From the NCBI GenBank assembly GCA_051362555.1, contig CM120644.1:16638534-16702533 (forward strand): a DNA stretch of 64,000 bases, written 5' to 3'. Position numbers and translations under genes: made by a program. A model generated the notes under the pieces. The model saw nothing but the letters and a program-made list of their open reading frames with translations, was not told the DNA's origin and searched no databases. Position 1 is the stretch's first letter. Each line of letters starts with the position of its first letter. The stretch is from Lingula anatina. Its lineage: Eukaryota; Animalia; Brachiopoda. Below are positions 51,917 through 64,000 of this stretch, in pieces.

Positions 51917-52858
51917 TTAAAGCATTACACTTCGATCCTCCGAATCCTTTGTATTTGAGTGAACAACACCCTTTACTAATTTCAACCCGTGCTTTTCACG
52001 AGCACGAGGCGAGTACCCGCCATCGTCACGTTTCAACGCCCAGGCAGCGTGGTCGATTCGTGGATCACACTTCGTGTGCAGCGTGTTTGCGAAGGAGTAA
52101 TATTTATTAAAATGCATGCTCATTACGGAGATCGGAAGCCCGGTGAAGACGAGACCAAGCGTGACGCAAATAATTCCAACAAGATATCCTAATAGCTGGG
52201 ATGGGTAGCAGTCCCCGTATCCGACCGTTGACATCGTAACAATAGCCCACCAATATCCGATGGGTATATTCTGGATCGTTGATTCGTCACTGGTTATTTC
52301 CGCGTAGTACAATACGGGCCCGAACAGCATGGCTCCGAGGCCCAAAATTACCAGGAGAAGTCGAATTTCTCTGAAACTTGCCTTCAGTGTCAAATATAGG
52401 ACTTTCAGAGACACTGAGCACGAAACCAACCGGCACATGCGAAACATGCGCAAGGTATTGGTCAGCCCGACGAAAATCGCTATGGCTTGAAGTTCCGCAG
52501 ACGACAGTGACCACATGGCCATGAAATTCCTAAAGAAAATGTACGTGCACCACCTGCACACCATCCAAGCGAGGTCCACGATAGCCTGGGGGCTCTTAAG
52601 GTACTCTCTCTTGTTTGGAGCTGAAACCATCCTTGCAAGAATATCCAAGGTGAAGAAAATAGTCGCAACCAAGTCTGCGTACGCTGCTTCGCCCGTGGGT
52701 TCTGTTAACATGAACATCATTTCCTTCTTACTAAAGTTGTTGGGAAAAGAAGAATTCGGTACCTCAAACGGGGATTTCTGTCGCATTGTTTTCACGCTGT
52801 TTATGGCCTCTGTTCCGAAGCAGAGAGCAGCAAATACCGCATAGACAAACATGTAGAA
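51917..52858 (-). CDS. Shaker-superfamily (Shaw/Kv3-like) voltage-gated K+ channel, S1-S6 and C-terminal exon
   Basis: Minus-strand tttatttcag acceptor at 52859-52860; 313 codons; S4 LRMFRMCRL, S5 ...VLYYAE, pore NIPIGYWWAIVTMSTVGYGDCYP; T1 domain exon not in window. Confidence 0.92.
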   Translation of the reverse strand, partial: FYMFVYAVFAALCFGTEAINSVKTMRQKSPFEVPNSSFPNNFSKKEMMFMLTEPTGEAAYADLVATIFFTLDILARMVSAPNKREYLKSPQAIVDLAWMVCRWCTYIFFRNFMAMWSLSSAELQAIAIFVGLTNTLRMFRMCRLVSCSVSLKVLYLTLKASFREIRLLLVILGLGAMLFGPVLYYAEITSDESTIQNIPIGYWWAIVTMSTVGYGDCYPSQLLGYLVGIICVTLGLVFTGLPISVMSMHFNKYYSFANTLHTKCDPRIDHAAWALKRDDGGYSPRAREKHGLKLVKGVVHSNTKDSEDRSVML

Positions 52859-52990
52859 CTGAAATAAACAGAAAGGTTTGAATGTATTGTGACATACATG
52901 TAACGTATCGCTTAAACCATACTAGGAAAAAAGTTTTTTATGTTGCAGAGCACATTTTGTTTTGTTTTGTCATATTATCATAACAGTCAT

Positions 52991-52994
<4 letters not shown>

Positions 52995-53073
<79 letters not shown>
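52995..53073. repeat. (CT)n microsatellite
   Basis: Direct reading. Confidence 0.97.
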
Positions 53074-53077
<4 letters not shown>

Positions 53078-53649
53078 CACACACATTCAAGACATAGTGA
53101 GAATTTGTTTCAGTTAACAACCCTTTCATCATATAAACTTTCCCAAAGATTATGGTGGTGATATTTATATTGTCAAATAACACTGTACGTATTTTATATA
53201 AGCTAAGCCTGGGTTCCCATGCCTAGATCGATCCATCTAGTGATCCATCAATTTAGTGAGACTCCCCAGGGAGATAGATCGATGCAAATGTCTGTGGGAA
53301 TGGTCCCTATATTTCTTGTATATCAGTCTGTCGTAATTCTTAAAATGGTAGGATCTTAATTTAGTGAGACTCCCCAGAGAGATAGATCGATCCAAACGTC
53401 TGTGGGAATGGGCCCCTATCTTGATTGTAATTCCTATTTAGACTACCAGCAGCAACGCCAATCAACAGGGGAACAAGGATTTAATGATTAGAAGAGGTTA
53501 AAAGCAGTTCGAACAATTTCCTGATGGATGGTCTTCACTCTTAACGAGCACTTGTTGAACGACTATCTGAGCCATGAATGATGATCCGCAACGGACTGAA
53601 AATGAATTAATAATCTTGTTTTCAAATGTTTGTACGACAAACAGCAAAT

Positions 53650-53733
53650 GTTGCATAGCAACCAAGGTTTCTGTCATCATTTGTCCAATCAAATACAAAG
53701 TAAGGTGATGAAATTAATTGCGTCCATAGCAAC
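53650..53733 (+). promoter_or_regulatory. Two RFX X-box-like motifs and a CCAAT box upstream of alpha-tubulin
   Basis: GTTGCATAGCAAC at 53650-53662, GCGTCCATAGCAAC ending at 53733, CCAAT near 53685; 140-220 bp upstream of the ATG. Confidence 0.55.
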
Positions 53734-53869
53734 CTAGGTTATACCAACATTACTTAAAAGCAAATAGTTGTCTCATTTTCTCATATTTGTTTTCACATTG
53801 GCTCATCAAGGTCAACAGTGAGGATTAATCGCATTGTTACTTGTTTTGTTCGAGAACCGATCTGTTAAA

Positions 53870-53872
53870 ATG
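53870..53872 (+). CDS. TUBA: Alpha-tubulin exon 1 (ATG only)
   Basis: aaaATG|gtaggt; conserved metazoan alpha-tubulin intron after codon 1. Confidence 0.8.
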
Positions 53873-54183
53873 GTAGGTTAATGCGAAATACGTATATATT
53901 CCTAGTTTGTAATGATATTATGGAAAACTAATGCAAATCGTCCATATTACTTTGCACGTCGGGCAGGTAATGGTAATGGTGATGAAGTGCCTTTTTGTTC
54001 GGACATAAGGTAGTTTACTTGATGCTGTCAACGTAATTTGTATGATGGATTATATCTATCATTTGACAGCCTGAGCTTTTTACATTCCCAATCATCAGTT
54101 TACATCGAGAGAACAGTTTCATTAGCTCTAATTTGAATCAGTTTACATCATTTTACAAAGAAACCTAACTAAACTTCTTTCAG

Positions 54184-54406
54184 CGTGAAGTTATCAGTAT
54201 CCACGTCGGACAGGCCGGAGTCCAGATTGGAAACGCCTGCTGGGAGTTGTACTGCCTTGAGCACGGTATCCAGCCTGATGGCCAGATGCCCAGTGACAAG
54301 ACCGTCGGTGGTGGTGACGATTCCTTCAACACCTTCTTCAGTGAGACCGGTGCTGGCAAACACGTGCCCCGTGCCGTTTTCGTCGATCTGGAGCCAACTG
54401 TTGTCG
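54184..54406 (+). CDS. TUBA: Alpha-tubulin exon 2
   Basis: tttcag/gtgagc; 223 nt; [74 protein letters not shown]. Confidence 0.97.
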
Positions 54407-55936
54407 GTGAGCTGCTTATTAGGGCATATGTTTAATTCATTTTATATTCACTGGAGAAATGTGAAATCAATAAAAATCCGTTTTGATCATCTTCGAAGTA
54501 TTTTGAAACAGACATACATCTTCCAGTGGCGAAATTAATTTAGAGAAACATTTAAACGGTTCAAATATCATTTTTCCGGTAAAATAAAAGGATATCCTTT
54601 GGCATTTCTCTAAATTATACTATCTGAAACTATACGGCGGCATTCGATCGAATTTTGTGGCATAAATTTTGACCTCAAATGCATCTTCAAACAACCAGTT
54701 TATAACCAGTTTAAAATGATCCAAATCCCAGTGGCCTTAATGTTACTTTCCAAGGCGACGACCAAGACGTTCATAATAATCATATTAAGAGTCCTCATTT
54801 GCTCCAATACCTTGGTAATTATGAAGAGTTACCTTAATATCATCGCTATAATTTGTAAGATGGATGGCGCAGTTTGTGTTCAGAGAACAGAACGAGCGCG
54901 CCTGCAATTAGTTCATCGAAATTTGTCGTGGAAACATCGTTAATTATCTTTCCGTTGTTGACAGTGATATATCACCACGCTATTATCATCAATAGTACAT
55001 TGTTACAGTGTAGTGTTGTTTCATTATTCTTGTCTCCGTTAATTTGCAATTTCAAAATGCTATTAGGATACGACTAGAGTCGCGTTAGCTATGGGAAGAG
55101 TTTAAACACAAGTCGTTTTTGTCCATACCGCCAGCCAGAAGTGAACCCTAAATTGCAATCACCTTTCTGCGACCTTTCTGTAACTTTGGCATCAGCTCAG
55201 CTGGATACCATGGAGGGGGCTACAATCAATGTGTTGTACTTTAAGTTAGAAATGATACCTTCCGTATTAAAACTGTTCTGAACGCGACCAGACATCCATA
55301 GACACGGTTTATAGTATATGGTTAAACCTAGGAAGATGATGCATTATCTAGTGATAGTGTAAACCAATTGCCGGAAATTTCATCCCACAAATAACTCGCA
55401 ATAAGTTCAGATGTCAGCCACGGGAAAGGCAATTACTGAAAGAAATAACATGCACGTATACTTTGAAACCCGGATTTAGATAAATCTTTAATTCATTTAT
55501 CCCTCCCTAATAACTGACCACACAGATAATTCCATTGTGACTTAAAATCATCACAGTAAAATATACATGTAGTGTGAGGTCACGAATGTGATATCCTTGT
55601 GACCAAAATCGAGGAATCAGTTACTTGTTGCCTTTTAAAAATCCCCGGTTTTCTGGGCAAATTCAATCTTTTTTTTCACTAAATAATGCCGTAAAGATGA
55701 TCGAAATGACCAGCATGAATTTCAAAATAAACAATATAGTCTAAATTGTAAAAAGGGGACAAAGCAACTTCTCTCATATGTTGACTAGGGACGGTTTTGG
55801 AAAGGGAATTCTGGCAAGATATGCCCAATGGACCATTTTGCAAATGCTTTCTTTATCCCATCAGTTTTTTTCTCCTGAAATGCTTCAGCCTATCTACCGG
55901 TAAGTGTGTCTCATCATCTTGAATCCAGCATGTTAA

Positions 55937-57088
<1,152 letters not shown>

Positions 57089-57911
57089 AGGAGTATTTCA
57101 ACCTACCACGAAGTCTAGTCATTTTTATCAAAAACGAAGGTTTTGTTTTCATTGGCGTTGTTTTATGATTTTGTAATCGGACAATATATGTCAATTTCTT
57201 TACAAACTTTGCTGAAATATTTAGTTACTCGGGAGGATAAAAGAAGTGATGAAAAACTCAACTGAATACGGAACTTATTATATCCGTCATCCCTTTCAAT
57301 GATTTACAATTTTTATTGCGGAAGACCTAGGCCTTTGGATTGCTTTCTAGTTACAGACGTTTTTCTATTGCTGTCACAGCATAATATATATGTACAATGG
57401 GATTGGCTAACCTTTAATATTAGCAACATAGCAAAATGCACTGCAGTCTACAGACTCTTTATTTCACATATTTTTGTCGCAAAGGGATCTTTATATTTGT
57501 TGCAGTTTTTAGTGTTTTGGCCTCAACGTGTGTGTCTATATTTTCTTTTCAATGTTTACTCTGCTCTCGTTAAAATGGGTAAAATAAAATAAAATAACGA
57601 CTCGTCTACTCTCCTTGTTGTATGTACATGTATCATAACGGGTTCTAGATACACTAGTAACAATTATCTCCACCAGTCCTGTGCAGAATATGAATATAGA
57701 ATAACCTTCATGAAATACGAGTGGTAAGATGGCTTGAGTTAAGAGCGCTAACTCGTTCCTTGTTTCTCAAGTAATAAATTTATGAGTAACCAAAGTTATA
57801 GTATTTTGTTTGACGATGATTCTGGGAAACATGGTAGTAAAACGAGGGTAGTGTTTATCATGTATGATCTAGGTCACTCTTTGGCACCCTGAGCTTCAGA
57901 GATAACTTGAT

Positions 57912-57993
57912 ACTTGGCTAAGGTGCAGCGTGCCGTGTGCATGTTGAGCAACACCACCGCCATCGCCGAGGCCTGGGCTCGTCTTGACCACAA
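57912..57993 (+). pseudogene. 82-bp duplicated alpha-tubulin CDS fragment
   Basis: Identical by eye to 56832-56913 ([26 protein letters not shown]), offset 1080 bp. Confidence 0.93.
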
Positions 57994-58016
57994 AAAGTAA
58001 CTTAAAACGACAAGTG

Positions 58017-58152
58017 TACCCTCCACCAGGGCCACAAATTGATTTTTTTTACAAGATATTCACAGATATGCCTTGAGATAAATAGACGGTCATTTGGTTC
58101 CCTGGGAATGTGGAAAAGCTGCCTAAAATATTTGCCACCCTGGTAGAGGGTA
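58017..58152. mobile_element. TACCCTCYACCAGG MITE nested in the tubulin-carrying element
   Basis: taccctccaccagggc...ccctggtagagggta; core gataaatagacggtcattt. Confidence 0.8.
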
Positions 58153-59930
58153 GGGCAAGGCTTTGATATAGTGTAGAGGTAAGTTTCAGGTTATCTCTGA
58201 AGCTCAGGGTGACGTCAGCGAAGGATGTTTTCCTCCAGATGGCGCTATAATTTTGGATTTTTATATATCTTGTGAATTGCGTTATAAGTACTTCTCACAT
58301 TTTTATGAAAAGTATGCAGAGCATTTCTTAAAATGGATTTTACACTTTTAAGCATATTATTTAATATTTTATAATACAGTCTGCTGGTCAAACATGTCAA
58401 AAACTGCTCAGTGGACCATGCCAGTGACCTACATGTACATAATGGTGAGACATTTTTGGGGAAGTTTAGGGTCTGGGATTTTGTTCTTTTGGTTTATTTC
58501 AAGATATTTTTAAAACTAATGCCTCCTGCGTATTTTTTATTTTACTTAAATAAATGGTATTCTTCACCCGTCAAAAATTGCTGAGTTTGAAGAGAAAAAG
58601 CCACTAATTTATCCTGCCTCCCCCCTGTAAATCTATTAGGCCCGACCAGGTAGAAAGAGATGTCACTTCTTCAGTTCTGAGTGACCATGGAGTGGATATG
58701 AAGCAGCCAAGAAACTAAGTATACAAATATTAAAATTTCAACCGATTCAGGACAACATTTTATTAAATTTGATTTTGTCATTTTGTTATAACTTATATGT
58801 GACTCGTTTTGGAAGAGCATTTTAACAAGCGTATGCTTAAAAGTGGTTCGGCCATTCCCCAATAGTTTCCCCAGGTAACATTTCGCTTCTTCCATAATTT
58901 CATCTATGCATGTCCATAGAATTTGCAAAATAGGCCTATCAGTTTTGCTTTTTGGATAACTATATAAAACTTCATTTGTAGAAAATAATGAGAGTGAATA
59001 CTTGTACTTGAAAAATAGTCAAGAAGGGGAAAATGCTGTGGAGTGGCCCTTGAAAAAAACATAGTTCTTGTGACCTATTTGTCACTGTATGCATTGTTAA
59101 GATAGAGACGTAATTTTAGCATATCAGCATTTTATACTCATACTCAGTATACAGTTGTGTGTTTCGGCGCTTGTATCTCAAAACTACCAGATGTAAGATC
59201 ACTTTCAACGGTAACAAGTGCAATAATAGGTTATCATGTTGAAATAAGCAGGCCAAGATGGCGCGCAAGATGAATGAGAGAAAAAGTATCAATATTACGC
59301 ATAACTTTCAGTGTTAAATAGTTTAAATGCCAGCACAAAAATTTAAAGAACGCGAACATTGTTTAATATGTTAACTGGTATAAATAACCCCCTTCACGCA
59401 TTTTGACGATATTCATTTTGGATTTATTTGCATTATGAAACAAGTAGACAAATTGAATGCTCAATAATTGGTACACAGATGCCTCAATGACTGGACGATC
59501 GTGAAAAACCGTTTACAAAATGCGCGTTTACAAAATTCATTCTAATTTTATCTCTACGTTCACATAAGATTTTATTAACAAAAAGACAATTTAAGTAACA
59601 ATACAATCCGTTAAAATGTGTGAGGGTAATCGTTAATATAGCGAAATCTTCCTGGTGGATGATTGGGCATTCTAGTTATAAATAAAAGGTAAATATATAT
59701 TTTGACGGTTTAAAGCTCAACGGATTTTTTTCTAATTTTCCAGCAATTTTGCAATGATATACCCTATCCAAAACCAGTGAGAAAATTGCGATCTTTAAGT
59801 CCATTTTGGAATTATTTTATATATTAATTTTAATGATAATATTTCTGAATTTTCCTTCATGGGTGAAAATCACAAATCTCTATCTGCATAACATAAGTGA
59901 CTTAAAAACTTTTAGAACTCTGTAGAGCGA

Positions 59931-60092
59931 CAGGCCCGTAGCCAGCAAATTCTTTTCTCTGAAAAAGTAGACCTTATTCAATGAAACCTTCATGTATCTA
60001 GATAAAATTTACCCAGAGGGGACCTTATCCCAGCAAAAAAGGGGGGGTCTTTTGAACCCCCTCCCCCCCCCCCTTCCAGGGCTACGGGTCTG
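59931..60092. mobile_element. Second copy of the CAGGCCCGTAGCCAG MITE
   Basis: Same termini and internal catgtatctagat...tttacccagag and poly-C as 382-557. Confidence 0.8.
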
Positions 60093-60978
60093 AGCATGTT
60101 GCTGTAAGTGGATATGGTAAAGCTTGGTCATAGAGGAAAACGCGTTGAAATGTCTAAAGAATTAAAATGTTTACCACATGCATGTAAAGGTCTAATGCTT
60201 ATTCTATACATCTAACATTTGTTTTTGCTTTTTTAACGGCCAAATAAGAAAAAAAGGCACATAATCTATTAGAAATTAAAAGTTTGCTGACTTCTGAGTG
60301 GCAAATGTCAATTTGCGAATCACAATCAATAAGTTGTTTTTTGTGAAGTGAAAGTGTAAACAAATTGGTTATTTTTTTTACGAAAGTTGCTGTATTTTAT
60401 TATTATATTTTGTAATTTTTTTTGCTGTTTGGTGACTGTATATTTTTTAGCTTTGCAGTTTAGTGTGAATATATATATATACATGTACAATATGAAACGC
60501 TGCATATTAATATATCACTAAAAATTTGTAACTAAAAATTTGTAATTTTTTGAACAAATCTCAATTTTGCGTCATGATGAAGGGGCCGTCCATGCGATTG
60601 TAAGTGAGCATTGTTTTCCAAATTTTACTGTTCCCTCACCAGCATCTTTCACTTCACCGACCTGATGATGCAGAACAATATCAAAATGTTTATTTTCTTG
60701 TGTTTAGAAAAATGTATATTATAACAGTTGCAGGGTTTCATATCTGTACATATTGTGCATGTTTTTTTATAATAGAAGTGATAGATTGTAAGGAGATTTT
60801 TTACATTCATATTCTCTACTCTTATGTTTTATTTCACTACGTCACTTCAACATGCACAATGCACTTCAACATGTAAATGCTTTTGAAATAAATGAATAAA
60901 TGATGTAAATTATTTTGCTTTCACAATGTTTTTATTGTTAAATTTAGATATCATACGAAGAGTTATTATCCCTTTAAA

Positions 60979-61481
60979 GGATCGATTCCCAAAGACGGTA
61001 AATTTTCGTGGAAGAAAAAACAAATGATCACCTCAAACTATAAAAGAGAGTCCCAAAACTATAAAGGGAAGATGCAAAGTTTAGGGTGGGTGGTTGGGTG
61101 AATAGAGCAACTGGTAACGTTGCAGACTGCAGACCAGAAGGTTACAGGATCGATTCCTAAAGAAGACGTTCTTTTTGTGAAAAAAAATGAGTATTCGTCC
61201 CATAACTATAAAGGGAAGATGCAAAGTTTAGGGTGGGTGGTTGGGTGAATAGAGCAACTGGTAACGTTGCAGACTGCTGACCAGAAGGTGAGGAGATCGA
61301 GTCCCATAAAACATTCATTTTGTAGAAAAAAAAGAATTGGACTTCATTTACTATAAAGGTTTCGTTTAAATTGCGCGAAATTCTTTGGGTCCAATGGCTC
61401 AGTTGGCAACACCACCGGTTCTAAAGTTATAGAAGGAAGAATAGGAGATCGAAATGGACAAGATAGAATGAAAGTTTTTTT
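60979..61481 (+). repeat. Tandem array of tRNA-derived units (period about 147 bp)
   Basis: Three full units and one partial, each with TATAAA, A-box, B-box-like GATCGA and a T-run. Confidence 0.75.
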
Positions 61482-61781
61482 GTTTGTTTTTATTCAAATT
61501 TTACTAAGACAAACACTAGAGAGAAAAATATGAAATCTGAATAATCAAACAATAAAGAAGTTGAAAGTTATGAACAGTCTTTATTCGTTTAACTTCAGTG
61601 ATACTATATATATATAACGCACGGCTTAGAATACGCAATATCAAGGAAATGGCATTGAATGTGTTACTACAAAGTACGACAAGCCAAACATCTGAGTTTA
61701 TTCGGAGTAATCATTAGAATTACAATTCCCTGTGTAATACAATTGAAAGTAATGTGCGCGCTCATCTAAACTACAAATCAT

Positions 61782-61786
<5 letters not shown>

Positions 61787-61821
<35 letters not shown>
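61787..61821. repeat. (AAT)n microsatellite
   Basis: Direct reading. Confidence 0.92.
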
Positions 61822-61822
<1 letters not shown>

Positions 61823-63118
61823 CGCAACCCATAGTTCGAAGTTTTAAAGGATTGTGAAATACATGTATCATAATTGTTGAATATGTCAAATATAGGTAAC
61901 ATATGTTGATTCAGAATCTAAAATGGGATACTGTTGCCATAAACTTTAAAGAGCACAAACTAGACTGACATAAATTATGTATATAGAAAATGTCATGGAA
62001 AAAAGTACAACAGACTCGCTCAGTTTCATATATTGGTACAAAATGACGCTGGCATAATAGTATCTTTCAGTTAGGATTCTCAGTCAAAAAGTAGAAAAAT
62101 AATTAATACCAGTTACTTTCGTAATCGTATAAAAGTAAGCAGGGGTTGACTACAAAATTATTCACACATTTGCTCCCTGTCGTGCACAGTTTGTGTACTG
62201 TCTCGCTTTTAGAAACCATTTTCTAATATTATGCCATACTTATTATAAATTGGAAACGACAACTGGCAGTAAGACAGTTAGACCTATTATTTCAAAAAGT
62301 GTCGATGGAATGGGAAGCGAACAGAGAATTTTAGCATACAGATTTTCAGATAACCAAACCATTTTTGAAATCTAGCACGCTATCTCACGTTAGAAGTCGC
62401 CGAAGACCCAAATTTAAACAAAATTGGTAAAATGCTTTTTACGTTTTGGTGGGACAATATGTTACAAATATAGGGGCCGTGTAGTCATTTGCCTCTGTTT
62501 TTTGGCCTTACATGCTAGGTAATGCCTACTTACCCTAGTACCATTCAAGGCTGAAATCTGAGGCAAACGGTCACTATTATTCATACATGTACATATTCAA
62601 TATGCATGTACACATTTTGCAATTTAACCCCTAATAACACCAAAATGTTAAGAATCGTATCAATTTCAACTGTTGGATTACAGGCTTTTTTTTCAAATGT
62701 CCATACTCAGGATTATTGAAATCCAAAGGTGCATTTCAACTGTTGTAACTTCTCCATGGGGACAAATCTTCGTCTCTTGAATGCACTGGCGACTGAAATA
62801 ACATATTCAAAAATGAGAATTTTAGATCGCTTCATCATTTTGTTTCCATACATGCCTTAAAAAGGGTACTTATTCAACGACATCGATTCCGTTTATGGGG
62901 TATTCCAAAGATGTCGTTTTAAGTTGGAGAACCGACGAAACAAAATAATTTTTCTAACAATTAAATTACAACGAAAACCATCACGGGTAGAGAGAGCACT
63001 GTACTAAGACTTAAAGAAGCGTACATATTGTATTCAACCAGCAACATGAAGGGGTGACGCTTGGCCTAAGTCCAATTTTTATCAAAGGTATTTTTGAACA
63101 ATATAAAACACTCCTCAA

Positions 63119-63304
63119 ACCCCCTTTACACTGGACGGCGTCCTTTGTGCGACCAAGAATCTGGTCGTAGAAAGGAGGCACAAGCATCGCTGTGGTTAAA
63201 AATGAATGCTCAATGATCGCCCAGTTGTATTAAATTATGTTTTAACTCTCAAATGGGGCCGTACTATCGGACGCAGAAAGGGCTCCGTCCAGTGCAAAGG
63301 GGAC
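63119..63304. mobile_element. Copy of the CCCCTTTACACTGGACGG MITE
   Basis: Same TIRs; interior is the reverse complement of 47951-48157. Confidence 0.78.
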
Positions 63305-64000
63305 CTAACGTGCGATTCTTCAGCTGATACATGTATTGGTACAAAATATTGCGATCCAAAGCAAATATCACATTTCATGACAAACGTCAACCCTGCAAAT
63401 TCACCAGACGCCAAACTTTAACAAGTGAGACAATCTTGACGTGGATTCAGGCGCAGGCCACTCAAATCTGATGTCTTTAATGGAAGACGCATCAACGCAT
63501 CCAGTAAGCGTTAGTTAGGAGTCACTGAAAATAAAAGAAGAAATACAGGTTAACGGGACGGTGGGTATACATATATAAGGCTTTGATATAGTAGTAAACA
63601 TATAATCGTTACAAAATCCATTTAAGTTATTTTATACGCGACAATATAGTAGTCTTAGGTTGATTTATTAGTCTAAGGCGTATTCCTTCGTGAGGAATAT
63701 AGTGATGATTACAAATATGCCAACACATACCATTTTACAATAGAATTGAAACGTGTCGTTCTATAGCAGTGCCCTGTATACTAGTAGAGTTACAAAAAGT
63801 TACCAGTGCTCGGATTACGCAAATGTTTACGGTAAAATCTAATAAATGAAAACTTTTGAGTGACGGAAGTAAATTTCGATAAATATTTGAAAGAAGGGTC
63901 TAGTCGGCTGACTAGGATAATTCAACTGAAATTTGTTTGCGGGGACGAAGAAATTAGCCTTGCCTCGTTTCGTTAGTAATGCTGATAATTCCTGAATGAG

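Larger units (their letters stand above)
57885..58211. mobile_element. Inverted-repeat-bounded element carrying the tubulin fragment
   Basis: 31-bp inverted repeats, CACCCTGAGCTTCAGAGATAACTTGATACTT versus the reverse complement of 58181-58211, 2 mismatches; no TSD seen. Confidence 0.6.

Noticed and set aside
49226-52844. ORFs opposite the calmodulin-like and Kv exons (49226..49507, 52515..52844)
   Set aside because: Shadows of real exons
61096-61170. Functional tRNA-Cys gene
   Set aside because: Acceptor, anticodon and T stems do not pair adequately; treated as tRNA-derived instead

Overview
Eukaryotic, AT-rich, intron-rich animal DNA. The repeat and gene content suggest a lophotrochozoan such as a mollusc, but the species cannot be determined from the sequence alone. 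Four protein-coding loci were reconstructed by hand from splice sites and reading phase. (1) An RBMS/alan shepard (shep) two-RRM RNA-binding protein gene on +, with 10 coding exons from 9617 to 39452 (361 codons in window; the 5' end is not located). (2) A 5-exon, 146-aa divergent calmodulin-like gene on + (47551-49913). (3) The S1-S6 exon of a Shaw/Kv3-like potassium channel on - (51917-52858), whose T1-domain exon is not in the window. (4) A 3-exon, 451-aa alpha-tubulin on + (53870-57088), apparently nested in that channel's intron. Introns carry several short TIR (MITE-like) families and microsatellites. The most notable observations are: an 82-bp perfect copy of tubulin coding sequence captured inside an inverted-repeat element; a tandem array of TATA-led, tRNA-derived Pol III-like units with invariant spacing; a Kv subunit with a silent-subunit-type S6 gate; a calmodulin paralog with a degenerate N-lobe; and several signs of regulated splicing or polyadenylation in shep. 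All counts were made by eye and no database searches were run.
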